A DNA stretch of 64,000 bases from Octopus sinensis. Taxonomy: Eukaryota. Position 1 is the stretch's first letter; every line of letters starts with the position of its first letter. Below the pieces are notes generated by a model that made no database searches, was not told the DNA's origin, and saw only the letters and a program-made list of their open reading frames with translations. The DNA lies in NCBI RefSeq assembly GCF_006345805.1, contig NC_043006.1, forward strand, positions 69,192,001 to 69,256,000. Reading direction: 5' to 3'. Positions 62,683 to 64,000 of this stretch are shown in pieces. The position numbers and the translations under genes are program-made.

Positions 62683-63807
62683 GATGAACAATAATAAATG
62701 AAATAAACGATAAATTCATCCTTCGCGCTGGCTGTGAAGAAAAAGACAGAAGTTTAAAGAGTTATTATATCCCTGGTGTACATGTGTTAGCGTGGACGCG
62801 AGTGTTGTGTGTGTGTGTGTGTGTTTATGCATGTGTATGTGTGTGTGTGTGTGCATGCGTGTGTGTGCGTGTGTATGTGTGTGTTGTATCGAGAATAATA
62901 TTGGTTAAAGTGGTGGGCTGGAGGAGAGAGAAAATAGTGTTGTAGTGAGAATCAGGAAGAGGAGGAGGAGGGGAAAGAACATATATGCATGTGTGTGTGT
63001 GTGTTTGCGTGTATGTGTGTATGTGTGTATGTGAGTGCGTGTGTATGCACGCGCGCGTGTATATGTGTGTGTATATGTGTGTGTATGTGTTCGTGTGTGT
63101 GTGTAGCTGTGTCAGACAATATAAGTTCGTGTGGAAGAATGAAAAGTAGGGTAACAAATAAGATGTCGTTGTCCAATTATGATCAGAGAAAGGGAAAATA
63201 TATATTTTACACTTGTTGATAAACCAATCTGCCCATGACATGTTTGATCAACAAAGAAATATGAAAGCTAAATAGAAATAAACTTCAAGAACAATGTGAG
63301 CAATATTGTATAAATATAGTGACATGTTCTTAATTAAAGAATTGAACGCTCTTCAATATCCTTCCTAAATGCCTGAGAGACCTGCATGGTGTGGATGTGG
63401 GTTTCTTTAAAACTAAACTGGATCTCTTCTTGTCAGGGGTTTCCAGATGAACCTACCTCTCGGCAGGAAACACAGATGAGGGCAGCGGCATCGAACTCCC
63501 TTGTTGATCAAGTGCACGTATCAGAGGTGGTTTCACATACTAGTGTAGCTCATTCAGCGGTGGTGCCCCAGCATGGCCGTAGCCTTCGGGCTGAAACATT
63601 TAAAAGGATTTAAGGATTTAGGTTATATATATATATATGGTGTACTTCATTGATTTAAAATAAGTTTTTTATTGTATATGATAGTATATGTTTTCTATAT
63701 GGTGTGAATAACATCTTTATTGAATTGTTTGATAGTGGTTTTTCTCTAAATTATATATATAATTGTTACACATCGCTGGTCACAATGCGATCGCATTGTT
63801 TTAACCT

Positions 63808-64000
63808 TCAAATGACGCCACCCCGCTGGCTAAGCGAGCAGGCCAACAGAAGAAAGAGTGAAAGAAAGTGTGGTGAAAGAGTACAGCAGGGATCACTACC
63901 CCCTGCCGGAGCCTCGTGGAGATTTTAGGTGTTTTCGTTCAATAAACACTCACAACACCCGGTCTGGGAATCGAAACAGCGATCCTACGACCGCGAGTCC
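63808..64000 (-). mobile_element. SINE family D (tRNA-derived), head runs off the window
   Basis: Minus strand B-box-like GTTTCGATTCCC followed by body sequence. Confidence 0.55.

Noticed and set aside
62640-62740. Strong minus-strand acceptor TTTTTCTTCACAG and His/Asp-rich ORFs nearby
   Set aside because: The downstream sequence is a trinucleotide array; no donor or homology evidence.

Overview
Repeat-saturated eukaryotic DNA with no confidently identifiable host gene. The SINE families and very dense (TA)n/(CA)n/(TATC)n/(CATA)n microsatellites point to an octopus (inference from recalled repeat families, not a database hit). Almost all ORFs in the supplied track are microsatellite translations. 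Real content: a nearly complete Penelope-like element (PLE: RT plus GIY-YIG endonuclease, two ~570 bp terminal repeats) at 17415-21681; a decayed Tc1 (DD34E); an internally deleted mariner; RTE, L1/Tx1-like, CR1-like and R4/Dong-like LINE relics; hAT-, piggyBac- and Helitron-like non-autonomous elements; and at least four tRNA-derived SINE families (called A-D here). The most striking unexplained layer is RNA structure. Read by hand, the window holds 14 type I hammerhead-ribozyme (HHR)-like motifs from about 8 repeat families. These include a tRNA-headed SINE with an HHR tail, a G3-C8 covariant core arranged as a 296 bp palindrome, and U3, U6 and C16.1 core variants. A further repeat family (four copies plus one diverged relative) carries the GAAA and CUGANGA core boxes in reversed order. 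All ribozyme calls are hand-folded and untested. Many frameshifts fall in homopolymers, so some may be sequencing errors.
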